A stretch of DNA of 64,000 bases, taken from Candidatus Deferrimicrobiaceae bacterium (GTDB lineage Bacteria; Desulfobacterota; Deferrimicrobia; Deferrimicrobiales; Deferrimicrobiaceae). How positions within the stretch are numbered: the stretch's first letter is position 1; each line of letters starts with the position of its first letter. Location: positions 256,001 through 320,000 of the forward strand of contig CAWBVY010000001.1 of assembly GCA_963792415.1 (NCBI GenBank), given 5' to 3'. A program made the position numbers and the translations under genes. Positions 62,966 to 64,000 of the stretch are shown piece after piece. Under the pieces are notes generated by a model, which saw only the letters and a program-made list of their open reading frames with translations, ran no database searches and was not told the origin of the DNA.

Positions 62966-64000
62966 TCACGGCTTGATCATCACCATCTTGATGCTCGTCA
63001 TCTCCTCGCAGGTGAACCGGACGCCCTCGCGGCCCAGGCCGCTCAGCTTGTTGCCGCCGTACGGCATGTGGTCCACGCGGAAGATGGAGGTGTCGTTGAT
63101 CATCACCCCGCCGACGTCGATCCGGTCCACGGCGTACATCGCCTTCCTGAGGTCGTTGGTGTAGACCCCCGCCTGCAGCCCGTACGGGGAATCGTCGACC
63201 ATCGCCACCGCGTCCTCGAACGACTCGTACTCGTAGATCGAGACCAGCGGCGCGAACGCCTCCTGGCACATCACCTTCATCTCCGGTCGGACGTTCACCA
63301 GCACCGTGGGCTGCATCACCCGCCCCTCGCGCTTCCCGCCGGCCAGCACCTTCGCCCCCTCCTTGACCGCCTCCTTCACCCACGCCTCGGCCCGCTCCGC
63401 CTCCTTGAGCTCGATCATCGGGCCCACGTCGCAATCCTTCTCCAGCGGATTGCCCACTTTCAGCTTCTTCGTCTCCTCGACGAACCGCTTCGTGAACTCC
63501 TTCGCGACCGCCTTGTGGACGTAGAGCCGCTGGAGGGAGATGCACACCTGGCCCGAGTTGGCGAAGGAGCTCATCACGCACCGGGGGACCGCCGCCGAGA
63601 GGTCGGCGTCCGGCTCGACGATCGTCCCGGAGTTGTTCCCCAGCTCCATCGTCACTTTTTTCAGGCCCGCCTTGCGGATGATCTGCTCCCCGACGGGGGG
63701 CGACCCGGTGAAGGAGATCTTCGAGATCCGCGGGTCGACGGTCAGCCACTCGCCCACCGTCCCCCCCGATCCGACGACGACGCTGAAGACCCCGGCGGGG
63801 ACCCCCGCCTCCTCCAGGATCTCCGCCAGCGTGATCGCCGACAGCGGCGTCGTGGACGCGGGCTTCAGGACGATCGTGTTCCCCACCGCCAGCGCGGGCC
63901 CCACCTTGTGCGCCACCAGGTTCAGCGGGAAGTTGAACGGCGTGATCGCCGAGACCACGCCCAGCGGCACGCGCAGCCAGTACCCGAGCCGCCCCTCGCC
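62966..64000 (-). CDS. Aldehyde dehydrogenase (5' end outside the window)
   Basis: AITPFNFPLNL, FTGS, MELGNN, GQVCIS, EAFAP, PYGGNKLSGLGREG. Confidence 0.93.
   Translation of the reverse strand, partial: GEGRLGYWLRVPLGVVSAITPFNFPLNLVAHKVGPALAVGNTIVLKPASTTPLSAITLAEILEEAGVPAGVFSVVVGSGGTVGEWLTVDPRISKISFTGSPPVGEQIIRKAGLKKVTMELGNNSGTIVEPDADLSAAVPRCVMSSFANSGQVCISLQRLYVHKAVAKEFTKRFVEETKKLKVGNPLEKDCDVGPMIELKEAERAEAWVKEAVKEGAKVLAGGKREGRVMQPTVLVNVRPEMKVMCQEAFAPLVSIYEYESFEDAVAMVDDSPYGLQAGVYTNDLRKAMYAVDRIDVGGVMINDTSIFRVDHMPYGGNKLSGLGREGVRFTCEEMTSIKMVMIKP

Overview
High-GC bacterial chromosome window; the gene content suggests a Desulfobacterota/MBNT15 (Deferrimicrobium)-like facultative microaerophile (inference only). 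In order: an acetyl-CoA synthase/CoFeSP operon (acsB-acsD-acsC-RACo-mesB-acsF-DUF166) with no CODH or AcsE gene in the operon; a chimeric CRP/gamma-glutamyltransferase remnant; a hybrid histidine kinase; a cbb3 oxidase operon with maturation genes; ADH, rlmD, NAD-GDH, a TAXI-TRAP transporter, sdhCAB, cbiM, carB and sodA; then a tandem array of 0.7-1.6 kb cassettes at the 3' end of tRNA-Leu(GAG), each bounded by a tRNA 3'-half copy and usually a conserved AGCCAC-repeat/terminator motif, with metal/O2/redox cargo and no integrase; finally an ImcH-like 13-heme cytochrome, dinB, lipAB, a 2-oxoacid dehydrogenase cluster, an ankyrin/CpXC ORF, a Tat-signal amidase and a partial ALDH. The two most interesting signals are the tRNA-anchored cassette array and the CODH-less ACS-to-MesB methionine module. 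A palindromic repeat family also sits inside coding sequences. Family assignments come from recognising motifs by eye, not from database searches.
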